This document shows positions 50,401 to 63,286 of a stretch of DNA of 64,000 bases, piece by piece (within the stretch, counting starts at the first letter, position 1; the number at the start of each line of letters is the position of its first letter). The position numbers and the translations under genes were made by a program. The DNA lies in contig OZ281500.1 in NCBI GenBank assembly GCA_965637545.1, positions 24,180,001 through 24,244,000 of the forward strand, read 5' to 3'. The stretch is from Phallusia mammillata (taxonomy: Eukaryota). The notes under the pieces were generated by a model. That model was not told where the DNA came from and searched no databases. It saw nothing but the letters and a program-made list of their open reading frames with translations.

Positions 50401-53080
50401 TGGAAATGCAAAACTATTCTGCTTCCATAACATTTATTCAACGGACTGACCTGCCTATAAGGCCGCGAGGTTAACCACAACCTGCGTGATATTTTAAATT
50501 ATTAGTTGGGATACCGTTATTACACATACACAAAAAAATGGGTAGATATTGGAACCTATGACACTTAGATTTTGTTCTCTCGAAATACAACAAAATTACA
50601 CAGATATTAACAAAGACAAAAAGTGACATTTGATTCCTTAAAGATAAAAAAACCCTAATATTTCCAATAATAATCCTTAAAATCAACATTTTAATTTTTG
50701 AATTTCAACAAAATCTTTACTGAAAAGTTTCTGAAACTGATTTTTTTCCACCTAAAGAACTCATAGTGGTGGCGGAAACCGGAAAAGAACCATTTCCGCG
50801 TATTGTTAATTAGACATTGCTGATTTACACTTACAACTTCCGACAAGACATCCTTAAGGCTTCAGGAAATGTTTTGATGATTCAGTGATTGAAGGAAGTA
50901 GTTAGAATCTGTCTGCAGTTCCAGCTACTCTACGCAGTTTCACCTCCTGTGTTCTTACTCCTCAAGATCAATCACTCTTATTATACTTCCTACCATAACT
51001 GTTGCTTTATGGTTTAAACATTTGAAGCGTTTGACATGCAAAGGCATCAAGTTATTAGTCCTCCATAATGTCCAGTGTTCGAAACGTGTGGAAAACAAGA
51101 TTACTGCAGGGAATACATAAATAACTTCTTACAACTGAAATTTAACAAGACAATGTCGCAAACATTATAAACTGTTGTAAGTGCGTGTAAATGTTACTAT
51201 TGGATGGAGCCAGTTTCCATTTTAGCATACAAATCCACCATATTTGTAACGCTGGTTTATAGTTTGTACCCTCGCTTTCTTGTGAGCCCTAGTCAAAAAA
51301 CGGTGTAGCTGCAGCGCGTTCAGCCATTATTCACCAATTTATCCTTCAGAAAATCTAAAATACTGAATCAAATTTCATATTTGGTTGTGCAATATTGAAC
51401 CTGCACAATAATCAAATGTAACCCTTACTTTGCTTAACAAACTGTTTGTCTTTCTACAGTGCACTATTATAATTTTGCAGCATTAATCTACGTCATCGTT
51501 TTGTTTGTTTGGTGTTAAAAAATTTCCCAAATTTCACATGTTTTTGCACCAGACATTTCTACAAACCTTTTTTCAGTAAATCCCAATACTTCTAATTGCA
51601 GCCTACGAAAAAAGAATGATTGATTTGTGGTTGTCAAAACCGGATTGACAACGTGACTCAAATCGCATCGTATAAACGTAGTCGATGTTGTCACATGTCA
51701 GTTGAAATCAATGCATCTTAAACCCAATGAACTCCGCCGTCGTGGTGATGTTGAACCCCAGTGACCTGACGCTGACGAGTCCCTTTTTTCTATTTTGCGA
51801 CCGAAAGTCGTCGAAGTAAAATCGTATCACATGCGTTTATATTTTCACAATTGGTCAGAGCACAAATTTATATCGGTTCCAATTACCCGACAAAAACTGA
51901 AATTTGGATTCGAATCTATCTGGAATCTGACTGGATCGAGATTTCAATACACCGTTTGTCGTAGTTTTTTTTAAGTGAATATAGTCAACACAACACAAAT
52001 ATTTTATGGCACAAATCCACCAAGGTACATTAGTGTATCGGGGCACAGTGTTAAAAGGTGGCTAGTCCTGCTGTTAACAATGTCTCTTAATCGAGATAAA
52101 TAGCTCTGGAAGCGCCCTCTACTGAACAAACTTTAATAATGAACGAAGAATTAGGTGTTACACTAAACCTGCAATACGACTTCTATGTGCTATACAGAAC
52201 ACGAAACAACCGATAAAATTCATTTATCATTTTAATCCAACTAGAACCGCAATGACGTAAGACAGATGACGTCGTAATAAACAGTTTAATGACGTAACAT
52301 AGTCAGATGACGTAATAAACTTTTAAATTTCCACCTGGATAGCGAAAGCGGGTTTGGGAAATAGCTGTATGCAGTTTTGGGAAATAGCTCCACTTTCACT
52401 CTCTTATAATATTCAATTGCCAACTGGTTTAAATTAGTTTTAAACTAAAGGAAGAAATTGTAATACAAAATGATGTTTAGCACGTAAACGATGTTTTTAA
52501 TCAAAGCTGAAAATTCAAATAAAGCTGCTTAACTACGGTTCCTATGGATATTAAAGCTGGCTTAGGAGCAAACTTCAGCAGTTAGTAGAGCTAACACTTT
52601 TCGACACAATTCGGTTTTGTGCGTTTCAACTGTTTTCAAATGAAGCAAAATTTGTCGAAAGGGCTGCACTGAGCTATATAAAGGCGAAAGCTGAATTGAA
52701 ATGAGAACCTCTTCACTTAGGTTTCCCAAACGCCAAATTTACCAAGTACGTGTTATTTTAACACGCACTTTGTTTAGCATCACACCAGTTGAATGATAAA
52801 TCCGGTAGATGTTATTTGCTTTTTTTGTTGCTTTTTACCACCGTTGAAACTTTTGCGGCAGTATAATTTGAGCATAAACATATCCTATGAGCGTAGCGTA
52901 TATTTACCTGTTTGACATACTGAGGTAGAAACACAACAAGAATGGAAGTGAACCTGTGTCGCACGTTAGGGAATTTCCGTAAATTAGAGCATTGATGACA
53001 ACGAGTGGAACTGAAAAAGAAAAAATATATATTATGCCATCAGAAGAAACAAAATTGTTATTCATTGACATGCATGGAAC

Positions 53081-53260
53081 CAGTGGTGGGATTCAAATTT
53101 TTTGTCAGGCGGTTCTATCACAAAAGCCACATATTTCAGCCGGTTCTGTTACAGAAAGACAATTAAAAGTAACCAGTAATGCTAACCAGTTCGCTTATCT
53201 CATAAAATTTCGTGAGACGGTTCTATAGAACCGGTGCGAACCGGCGGAATCCCACCACTG
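53081..53260. mobile_element. hAT-like MITE in R7 intron 4 (truncated relative from 58622)
   Basis: Perfect 14-bp TIR CAGTGGTGGGATTC / GAATCCCACCACTG; TSD not recognisable. Confidence 0.7.
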
Positions 53261-54599
53261 TATTGAGCTGTAATGAGGAAAATATTTGAAAACTGGTCTA
53301 AAAAACAAGAATTAAAATACTTCAGCTTACTCATTGTGATTGTGAAACCAAGTTGCATCAGGGCAACTGTGATACACATTTCAATTTCCTTGCTGTCAAC
53401 TTTTACCGCGTTGTGATTGGCTGATTCGCCATGCTTGAGTTGCTTTGACTTCTTCATGTTGGTTCGGACCGAATAAAGCGTGACAAAAGTACTACAAGTC
53501 TGAAAGAACAAAAATTAAAAAAAAATATTTTGGCAGAAAAAAATCCTCACTGTTAAATTATGGGGGCCAAGTTTCGTTTTGAAAGAAGTTAATTCGGTTG
53601 GAAAATCAAAAACAAATCAAACTATTTATAGGAACGCTATACAGTAATCTGCATTTGAAAGTAATCTGCATGATGTATTCTATATACACCAGTTGTTTTG
53701 GCAGTTATGTTTATGATTACATCAAAACCAAGTAAACGAAAAAAAGAATAGAAAAAAAATTAAATTAAAAATTAGAGACAGAAAAGCTGACAAATAAAAG
53801 GCATTATTTATGCATATTTACCATTATTATGTAGGGAACAACTATAAAGCAGATCATCATTGCAATCAGAACGGTGAAGTTGCCTCCTTGTGTCGAATAA
53901 TACGTGTTTGAAACGTAGAAGAGAAAGATAGTGTGTTGGTATGTGTAGACCATAGAATCTGGAAACCATGCTGTACAAAAAGAGGGAAAATCCATTAACA
54001 TTCTTTGTCCAATATAGGCTCGATAAAAAAGTTTTTTAGCGGCTAGTTTTAGGAACCTTATTATGCTATTTATTGTTAAAGGCATCGTTTTGTATTGTGT
54101 TTTTGGCAAGCTTTGAACAGCCAATCGAGTAATAAATGGTGAAAACAGTTTAACTTAATATGTCACTGTAATCGCAGACAATTGGGCTACAAGAATCTTT
54201 TTGAACACTTTTTACCACCTTAAAACAAGACCGACTTCTTCATTATGTTGAACATTTTAGAGCTTGTATATCTTTATTTCACCTGGAACTGTGCTTGATG
54301 TCAAGGCTAAAAGCCAGACCACAGCCAAGCCTATGTAGACGTGAAAATCTTTCTGTAATCGGTAAGACCTTGGCCACTTGATGGCGTACAGGCGCTGCAC
54401 ACCCATGTACACTAGGTGGTACAAAGAGCTTGTGAACGCGAGGAGTAAAAATATTCCTCCTACAGTCGCTTCGGGTGTTCCTGTGAGTAGAAACTGACGC
54501 TGATCCAATTCAGTCGACGATACGTTCATCGACCAACTAAAGTTGTAAGTTGACACCACCAGGAGTTGGACGCCTGAGCAAAACACAAACATGTTTAAG

Positions 54600-54758
54600 A
54601 TATAAGCTATTGCTGCCAGGCATAATTTCAAGTTTGTAGAGCTATTCTGGCAAATGTAATTTTACTCCAACGTTTGGACGTCCTATACAGGACATGAATA
54701 TAGGACGTCGAAACGTCGGAATAAAACTACATTTGCCAGAAGAGCTCTACAAACTTGA
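54600..54758. mobile_element. Miniature fold-back Penelope-derived insertion with 13-bp TSD
   Basis: Inverted arms 54626-54687 and 54699-54760 built from hammerhead 3' halves; AAACATGTTTAAG at 54587-54599 and 54759-54771. Confidence 0.75.
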
Positions 54759-57700
54759 AAACATGTTTAAGTTTGGATTATTTCAAAATGATTAAAAATT
54801 TGATCAGCAAGCTTTTTTCTGCGTGCCTAATATTCAAGTGATGAGCTGTGAGCAAAAACTATTCTTTATAAATCCTGACGCAGTCCAGGCTTTAAAACTT
54901 TTTGTTGCAAACATTAGCTTGCTTTTGTGTTGATATTTTGTGTCATTCCCCAATGATATATCCTTGGTTATAACGTTATAACGCGTAAAAAGGGAATCGA
55001 AATCGCAAGTACTAAAGAGCAACAATTGTTGATGCGAGAACACAAAAAAATAACTTAACAATTTAATTAATCTCGTTCTAAACTTGCTTAAAAATCCATT
55101 CAAATAGACTCAAAACATTGACACATAGTGCGCCAGGCCTATTAGGGAATGCTTGGAAGACCAGCTGATTCGGTACACGCCTTTAATGGCGTACTATAAT
55201 TTATCGATATGTATGCCGTAATCACTGGTCTGCATCGACGCTTCAGGGCTGATCCCAGTATGAATATGTTTATCTTAACATTGATTTAGACTTAAATGTG
55301 TCCATAGCGCTTCCGAATATCGGAGATTGTCCAAACTCTTACCTGTGAGAAAATCAGCGACAGCCAAAGAGAACTTCATCTTGTTGAAACTTTGACGGAG
55401 CCCGAGCTTCTTTGACACCGCCATTACAAGTACGTTGCCGAACACACAGGTCAGACCGAGCAGGACGACGAAAAATACGAAAAATCCCGCTCCTGTCTTG
55501 CTGCACTCGTTACATGTGCTTAGTGATGTGTTTGCGCATTCTTTGTAGGCTTCGTTGGAGCAAAATGCGGGAAAACCACACAACTGTGAAGTGGTAATGT
55601 TGCGATAGATGATCGACGTTCCGTTGTTAAATGAGCTTGTAGCGTTCAATGCTGTGCTGTTGGTGGCGTTGCTATTGGCAGCGAGTTGGGTCACCAAAAC
55701 TGTCGTGGAGACAATGTACTGTAAAATACGCCCTTGTCGAGTCGGTGCAGCAAGGTCCAAGATTTTTCCGTAGTTTGATGACGAGTTCGTCGAATTTGAA
55801 GCCATTGTTTCGTGTTTTGTAATACAACAATATTAAACTGACTTAAATAACAAAAAATAGAAACATGTTTGATTCGTGTACAAAGTATACAATAGATTTT
55901 AAGCAAAATCTAAGCTTCACTTTCGCTTTCAAATACATGTAACTTGTTTTTAGAATAACAAGCCTTTAACTTCACAAGAACAAGTCATTCGTCTCCAATA
56001 TACAAGTTGTTTAATGAACTTTTTAATGAATCAATGCTATTAATAAACATAGCGACGTAGAATTCTGATTTCAAATATAAAGTTAATGATGTATTGATTA
56101 TTTAGGAATATACTTTAAGAATATGAGATATTATGCACATTGACGTATTTGTACTCTTCCTTAACAAACCTATGCGTGCTACCGAAGCATTCATATCTTC
56201 TACATAAGAAACACCGTCTATTCTACTAAACGGTTTAATAGTCGCTGCGTTTGCCAAAAGTGCGAAAAGCGTCTTCACAAGCTCACTGGAAATACAAGGT
56301 TAGATGTAAAGACATCCAAGTTCTGTCTTTCCTTTAGAATTTTAATGACAGACCCTATCACTGAACTAATATCCTTTCATTTTATGTCGTCTTGCATGTT
56401 TTTTGACATACACACAAGTTCACTAACTTCAGTTTAGAGCGCAGCTTAGGGAGGGACCTCTCTTTTATAACTTGGTTATGACCATGAACATCACTTAAAT
56501 TGACAAATTAAAATCACGAGAAACACAAGCTTCCTGGGTATCTTGTCCCGCGCCAAAAGAGTTAGAAATAAATCGGAAGCCATCTACGAACTTCAAACGA
56601 CGTCCTTCCCTGCCCGGTTAATCGTTGGAATAAATTGTTTCGTAATCACAGAGGACTGAAATTTACAACAACAACAATATGATATTTTATTCAATGTTGT
56701 TTTTCTTTCACAGTCATACGTTCGTTCTTTTTCTATGTAAATCCCACTTCCGTTAAAAAGTATTTTCCATCATACTACTTACTTCAGTGATAGTTAATAT
56801 TGTGTTTATTAACTATATCACTGTAGTAGTATTTTGCTACATTGGAATTGATAAGAATGAGTAGCACAGTTAGATGATTTTGTTCCGAAGTTTGCTTTTC
56901 GAACGGCGATGTGACGTAGTATTGCCCTCCCCTGTATTTTTTTCGTTCGGACGCCCGTGACTTTCACCTAAAATTAGACATTGCTGATTTAAAACCTAAA
57001 CTTTGTGCGACGAACTGTTAACGTACAGCCATGATTGGATAATTGATTATATAATACAAGCAGGTAATTAGAATTTGTCGGGTGTTTCAGTTACTCGTTT
57101 GTAGTTACTTCCTGTGTTTGTGCTCTCAAAGATCAATCAATGTCACTTTATTTCCCACCACCAGTGGCGCTCAAGATTGAAGCGATTGAAGCTTTTGAAA
57201 TGCAGCAATGATATTAAGATATTATTGCTCAAACACGTTCTCAAAAACGTTTTATCATTTAAACTATGCAAAAAAAAATTGATAAAATGTAAAATCTGTA
57301 GGTTAATAAGGCTATACACCTATAAAATGTAGGTTATACACCTATATAAATTATTCTCTATAAATGAAAACTGTAATACAGATAGTACTTAGCTGACAAA
57401 TTCAACACACTAAAACCAGTCTGTAATGTGTATTTGTTATAACAAACCACTTAAGTTGTTGGGCATTCGTAGAGCAGGACGAATACTGTACTAGTACATC
57501 TTTATACTTTCATACAGATAGCTCAGGTTACAAAATTTGCGAACCGTTTGGAATACGTATAAATTTTAAAATCGGATGAAATTAAAATACTTTTTTAATC
57601 TTACAAAATAAGCACTGGTGCTTAATACCTTCAGATAATTTACTTATCTCAGTCTATTGCAGTATAACTTTTAAGGCTGGTGGTCAAACCGTAACCCGAC

Positions 57701-58813
57701 TAACCGCGCTGTACATTTTCCAAAAGCCTTTAAAAACGACGCTACTCTGACCATAAAAGAAAGAAAGCAAATCGAAATACTTGGTATATTAACATTAATA
57801 TTGTCTGCTTCGTCGACGAAATAAACACAAAAATAATTTTGTTAGTTCACACAAGAGGTAGTCTCTTCCACGTGTGCAGATAACAGGCTGGTAAATTTTT
57901 CTTTCTGCTGATAAAACCTGGAACAGCAATAATCTTAGGGACTCTATACACCGACTTGAAAAGTAATTTAATTAAAATCATAACTGATGTTGACAACAGC
58001 ATCTGCATGATGTATTATATGTACAGATGTTTTTATTTAAAGCAATAATATTTTAGTAATGGTTCCCGCCTATGATTTTTGTCATGTGAAACAATACAAA
58101 CGAAACAAAATTTCAGTAAAACACAAAAAAGAGAAAATATAATAATAAGATATTGACGATGCTAAAAAGCGAAATATATATATCTTTAAAACTGAAGGAT
58201 GAACGACTAAATATTTTTATAACATCAGAATTATGAATTTAAAACAAAATTAAATACTCAGGTATCAACACAATGGAAGGTAGCAATGCTTCATGGAAAT
58301 TAATTTACAGATCGAATCGTGCTAAGCTGCTAGCGAGGCAGAGAATGGCTTGATCAATAAAGGTTTTGTACTGTTTACTGTGTACAAAGCAAAGTTGTAA
58401 GCAGGCCCGGAACTGGAGCCAGAACCCGAAAGTACGAACTAAAACTTGGCCTGAACCCATTTTTTAAAAACAAAGATGGAATTAGACCAAAAAATTTGCA
58501 CAATTTCGTTACAAATTATTTTAAATGTGTGGAGTCTGCCCCGAATTAAGCCCAAGTATTTGAACGTAAGCCTGAATACGACCTTAAAAGTCGACGGACC
58601 AACTTAAAGATAGGTTTGTCCCAGTGGTGGGATTCAAATTTTGTCAGTCGGTTCTACCACAAAAGTCATATTTTTTTACCTGGTTCTGTTACAAAAAGTC
58701 CATTGACAGTAACCAGTAATGCTAACCGGTTCGCTGATCTGATAAAATTCGACTTCGAAACAAAAAACATCGATTGAAGAGCGTATATTTCCACTTCGGT
58801 ATCCACTTTCTTT

Positions 58814-61800
58814 TTACGACACTTGTGTTCCTGCTGTGCTTCTGCTCGCATAAGAAGTTTGAATATTGTCGTCCTTCCTTGGGCAGCAGATTGGAATTGC
58901 TAACATCTCTTTGGCTGTCTTCACAAAAGCTTTGTTGCGAAAACTGTAGACTATTATGTTCACCAAGCTGAAAAACAAACAAAGTTGAGAATTTAATGCT
59001 AAATTGAGGCGTAACTTTTCACTTAAATCAGCGGTTCCCAACTTTTCTGGTGCCGTGAACCCATGATAACTTTTGCCAAGTTACGGTGACCCCAAGGTCA
59101 AACATTAGTAGGTCTAAATTAGGATTTGCTGTTTTTTTCTCAACAATAAATTGGTCCATGAGTTTATTTTATTGGGGCTAGTGGTCCACGGCCTAAAACA
59201 AGTTGGGAACCACTGCCTTAGATCGTAAAAGCGGGTTTAAGAACCAGCTTCATGCAGTCGCTTGAATCGCTGCCCGCTTTCCTTCTGTGATATATTCACC
59301 TTGCCGCATCTTACTGTCCAATGAGCGTAGCGTATATTTACCTGTTCGACATGCTCAGGTAGAAACACACCAGAAAGGGTAGTGATGCTGTGTCGCACGT
59401 TAGGGAATATCCGTAAAATAGAGCATTGATGACAACTAGTGGAACTGAAAAAGCAAAGATATACTTAAAAGAAAAAATCTCATTTATTGACATGCATTGC
59501 TTCAACGATGACATTAGTTTTATGGAAACGTTTGAACTCCACAATAACAATATAATTCTCAGTTTATTCTTTAATCATAGTACGCCAAGCCTATTAAAGG
59601 CGTGTACCGAATCAGCTGGTCTCCCAAGCATTCCCACATGTGAAGGCATAGGCTAGAATAATTAAGCCTGCGGTGGGATTCGAATCCCCTTTCCGGGACT
59701 CGCGCTCTTTTAATAGGCCTGGCGTACTATGATTGATCGATGATCCCAGTATGAATATGTTTCATCTCAGTTTATTCTTACTTATTGTCATTGTGAAACC
59801 AAGTTGCATCAGTGCAACTGTGATACACATTTCAAATTCCTTGCTGTCCACTTTTACCGGCTTCTGATTGGCTGATTTGCCATGCTTGAGTTGCTTCGAC
59901 TTCTTTATATTTCTTCGGGCCGAATAGAGCGTGACGAAAGTAGCACAAGTCTGAAATAAATTCAGGTTTTCTGGATTTAAACTTTTTTGGAAATTGAAAA
60001 ACAAAACAACTATCTCTATTTATTTGCATACCAGTTTTATTGTGCTGTATATACACATATAAATATTTTTTTGTATATATATTGCGTGGACTTTAGTAGC
60101 AACTTGGCAATTTTAAAACCAACTGCATATTTTTTATTACACAAATTTTTTAGCGAAAAATTGCTACTTCAAAAAACCTAATGTAAGATTGATTTTTTAC
60201 TTACCATTGCCAAGTAGGGAATAATGTTGAAGCAAATCATAATTGCAATTAAAGTATCAAAGTTTGTTCCATGTAGCGACGAATAATAGGCGTTCGAAAT
60301 GTAGAAGAGAAAGATATTGTGGTTGTATGTGTAGACCAGAACGTCAGGGAACCATGCTAAAGAAAAAAAGAGTATTTTACGTCACCATTTAACGGTCAAC
60401 ATGTTTTACATGTCACTTATAAGGACAATTTAGGGTGTTTGCAGCAAGCTTTGTGCTTCTGATCGTGCTAAGTTAAGATGAACATAAATTCATAACTGGG
60501 ATCAGCCCTGAAGCGTTGATGCAGACCAGCGATCACGGCACACTCATATAGAATTCATAGTACGCCAGACGCCAATGAAGACGTTATACCGAATCAACCG
60601 GTCACCAAGCATTTCTAATCGTGCTAATATTGTAAAAGTTATCGATGTTAGAGAGTTAGACTGGCTTTGGACGGTGAATACATGTCAAAAAGTCAAATTT
60701 AATCGAAAATAATTCTCGCAAACTCCGCTCTAAACTAGTATCGATCTTCTGTCATGCGACCACAAAATAAAATGTTTTGAAGATTGGATATTTGGTTTCA
60801 CCTGGAACAGTGCTTGATAGCAAAGCAAGAAGCCAAACCACAACCAATCCAATGGTAATATGAAAATCTTTCTGCAATCTGTAAGACATTGGCCACTTGA
60901 TGGCATACAGGCGCTGCGCACCCATGTACACTAGGTGGTACAAAGAGCTGGTGAATGTGAGAAGGAGAAAGATTCCTCCCACAGTCGCTTGAGCTGATCC
61001 TCGCAGTGAAAGTTGACGCTGATCCAATTCCATTGAAGTAACGTTCATCGTCCAACTGAAGTTGTAGATTGAAACCACCAGGAGTTGGACGCCTGAACAA
61101 GTGCAACACTGTTTCAAACGATTTAGACCAGGACAATATCATATAAAGTGCGGCAAATACTTGATCGTTTGCTAATATGTTTTGTCATTTCAACCCATGT
61201 CCAAGAAGCTAACTAGGCTTAAAGCAGTTGTTTTGAAAAACTAAAAACGTTACCATAAAAAATGTTCAAAATGTTTTTACCCGTTAGAAAGTCGGCGACA
61301 GCCAAAGAGAACTTCATCTTGTTGAAGCTTTGTCGGAGCCCGAGTTTCTTTAACACCGCCATTACAAGTACGTTGCCGAACACACAGGCCAGACCGAGCA
61401 GGACGACGAAAAATACGAAAAATCCCGCCCCTGTCGTGCTGCATTCTGCGCATGCGCACAGTGGTGTGTTCGCGCATGCGTTGTAGGCCTTGTTGGAGCA
61501 AAAGGCTGGAAAACCACACAACTTTGAGGTGGTTATGTTACGATAGAAGGTCGACGTTCCGTTATTGAATGAACTTGTGGCGTTGAATGCTGTGCCGTTG
61601 GTGACGTTTGCGCTCCCAGAGCTATTCACATTGTTGCTGGTAGCAACGGGCTTGACAATGACAGGGGGATTTACGACTTGTGTTACAATAAATATTTGCC
61701 TTTCGGGGACTGAGAGGCCCAGGGTTGGCGTTTCTGGCAACACGAATGCCTGCATGATTTGTTGAAAAACAGGATAAAATGAGATGTTATATGCTGTTGA

Positions 61801-61815
61801 CAAGTTTGCTGACAT
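58814..61815 (-). CDS. Class A GPCR R8, second subfamily (467 aa)
   Basis: Exons 61815-61281, 61092-60802, 60356-60205, 59950-59782, 59444-59342, 58967-58814; intact; TM7 NIIVY, CC in tail. Confidence 0.85.
59029..59215. mobile_element. hAT-type MITE in R8 intron 5
   Basis: TIRs CAGCGGTTCCCAAC / GTTGGGAACCACTG; degenerate TSD ACTTAAAT / CCTTAGAT. Confidence 0.7.
59575..59766. repeat. Dispersed repeat family (copies ~4997-5153, 47107-47297, 55124-55276, 60475-60620)
   Basis: Shared blocks GGGATCAGCCCTGAAGCG..GATGCAGACCAG and GCTTGGGAGACC..TAATAGGCCTGGCGTACTATG; this copy has 22-bp inverted repeats and a B-box-like GGATTCGAATCCC. Confidence 0.65.
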
Positions 61816-63286
61816 TTTTTCGAAGTTTGTGATTTAAACAACACAATCTAATGCTGCCGACAAAACATATATGTGGTTGACTAGCTTCATGAAATATTTG
61901 AAAAAATACAATTCGTGCAAAAAATAACACATATTGTTGTCAAAAATGAAAGGTAATTACTGTACACTGCACAAAGTTAGGTTGCATCAAGCAGTTGGGT
62001 CTTGAATTATTACCACCTCGACATTAACGTTCGACAATTTTACAAACCAAAACCGGTAAAAAAAGTATCGAGTTAATATGTATTTTGTTCCTGGACTACT
62101 TACTTACACGAAACTTGTCAAAAACTTAGTATGCTGCAACTGCTAACATATGTTGCCCATGGCTAAACAAAACAAGGTATCTTTAAACTCTTTAAGTTTC
62201 TAAATCCAAAGAAAGATGTTAAACTGCTACGCTTTTTAGTTTCTCATTGAAACCCTCCTAACTCAAACCAGCAAACTGGTTAACGTGAGGATGTAATGCA
62301 AAGGTTCTGCAACGGCCTTGAAACTGAAAGGTTAGGTAATGATAAATGATCATAGCTGTCAATTATCGTGCAACACATGATGGGTGTGAGGAAACACATT
62401 GACAACCCTGTCGTGTCGAATCAGAACAATCATAAACCGTGGACATCACACGAGGTTTTGATCAAATAAGCCTGGCTACTGTTACAACTACTTCCCTTTA
62501 ATCGAGGATGTTCCTGTCACAAATCACTTATGTTGACATTTGCTGCAACTAATGCCATTATAGTTCCACGTCCACATGTACAGATAACAAGCTGGTAAAT
62601 TTTTATTTTGCTAAAAAAACTTAAAACAGCTATATTCTTAGGACTCTATACACCGTCTTGAAAAGTTATTTAATTAAAAGCATAACTAATGTTGACAACA
62701 GCATCTGCATGATGTGTTATACGCACAGATGTTTTTAATTAAAGCAATGATATTTTAGTATATTTGCGGAAAGGTCTGCCCATCTTGTCATGTAAAACAA
62801 TACGAACGAAGCAAAAATTAAATCACAAATAAAAAGAGAAGAGAAAACGAAAGGAATACTCAGGTATCAACACAATGGAAGGTGACAATGCTTCATGGAA
62901 ATTAATTTACAGATCGAATCTTGCTAAGCTGCTTGCGAGGCAGAGAATGGCTTCATCAATAAAGGTTTTGTACTGTTTACTGTGTACAAAGCAAAGTTGT
63001 AAGCAGGCCCGGAACTGGAGCCAGAACCCGAAAGTACAAACCTGAACCCATTGTTTTTAAACAAAATCGGAAATAGACCCGAGAGTTTGTAAAATTTCGG
63101 CACAAACAATTCCGAGTGTAATGTCAGCACCGAATTAAGCCGAGTTATTTAAACTTAAGACCGAAGACGACCCTGAAAGCCAACGGGTCGAATTAAAAAT
63201 AGGTTTGTCCTTAACTGAACTTTGGTGGACTTCAAAACAAATAACGCCGATTAAAGAGCGTCTGTTTCAACCTCGATATCCACTCT

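Larger units (their letters stand above)
52497..55805 (-). pseudogene. GPCR R7: exons 1-5 intact, last exon frameshifted (probable pseudogene or truncated receptor)
   Basis: Exons 55805-55343, 54573-54283, 53970-53822, 53499-53331, 53010-52908 are open. The exon-6 acceptor homologue at 52506 reads C TTT GAT TAA; the shifted frame still resembles TM7 (LIKNIVY). Confidence 0.7.

Noticed and set aside
11111-61519. Recurrent alternative-frame ORFs (MWFSR..., MRRMQQDRSG..., ...SVWPVCSATYL, MDDERFVDG...) as a second gene family
   Set aside because: They are shadow frames of the homogenised exon 1 and exon 2 blocks; their recurrence follows from nucleotide identity, and their starts and lengths are inconsistent.
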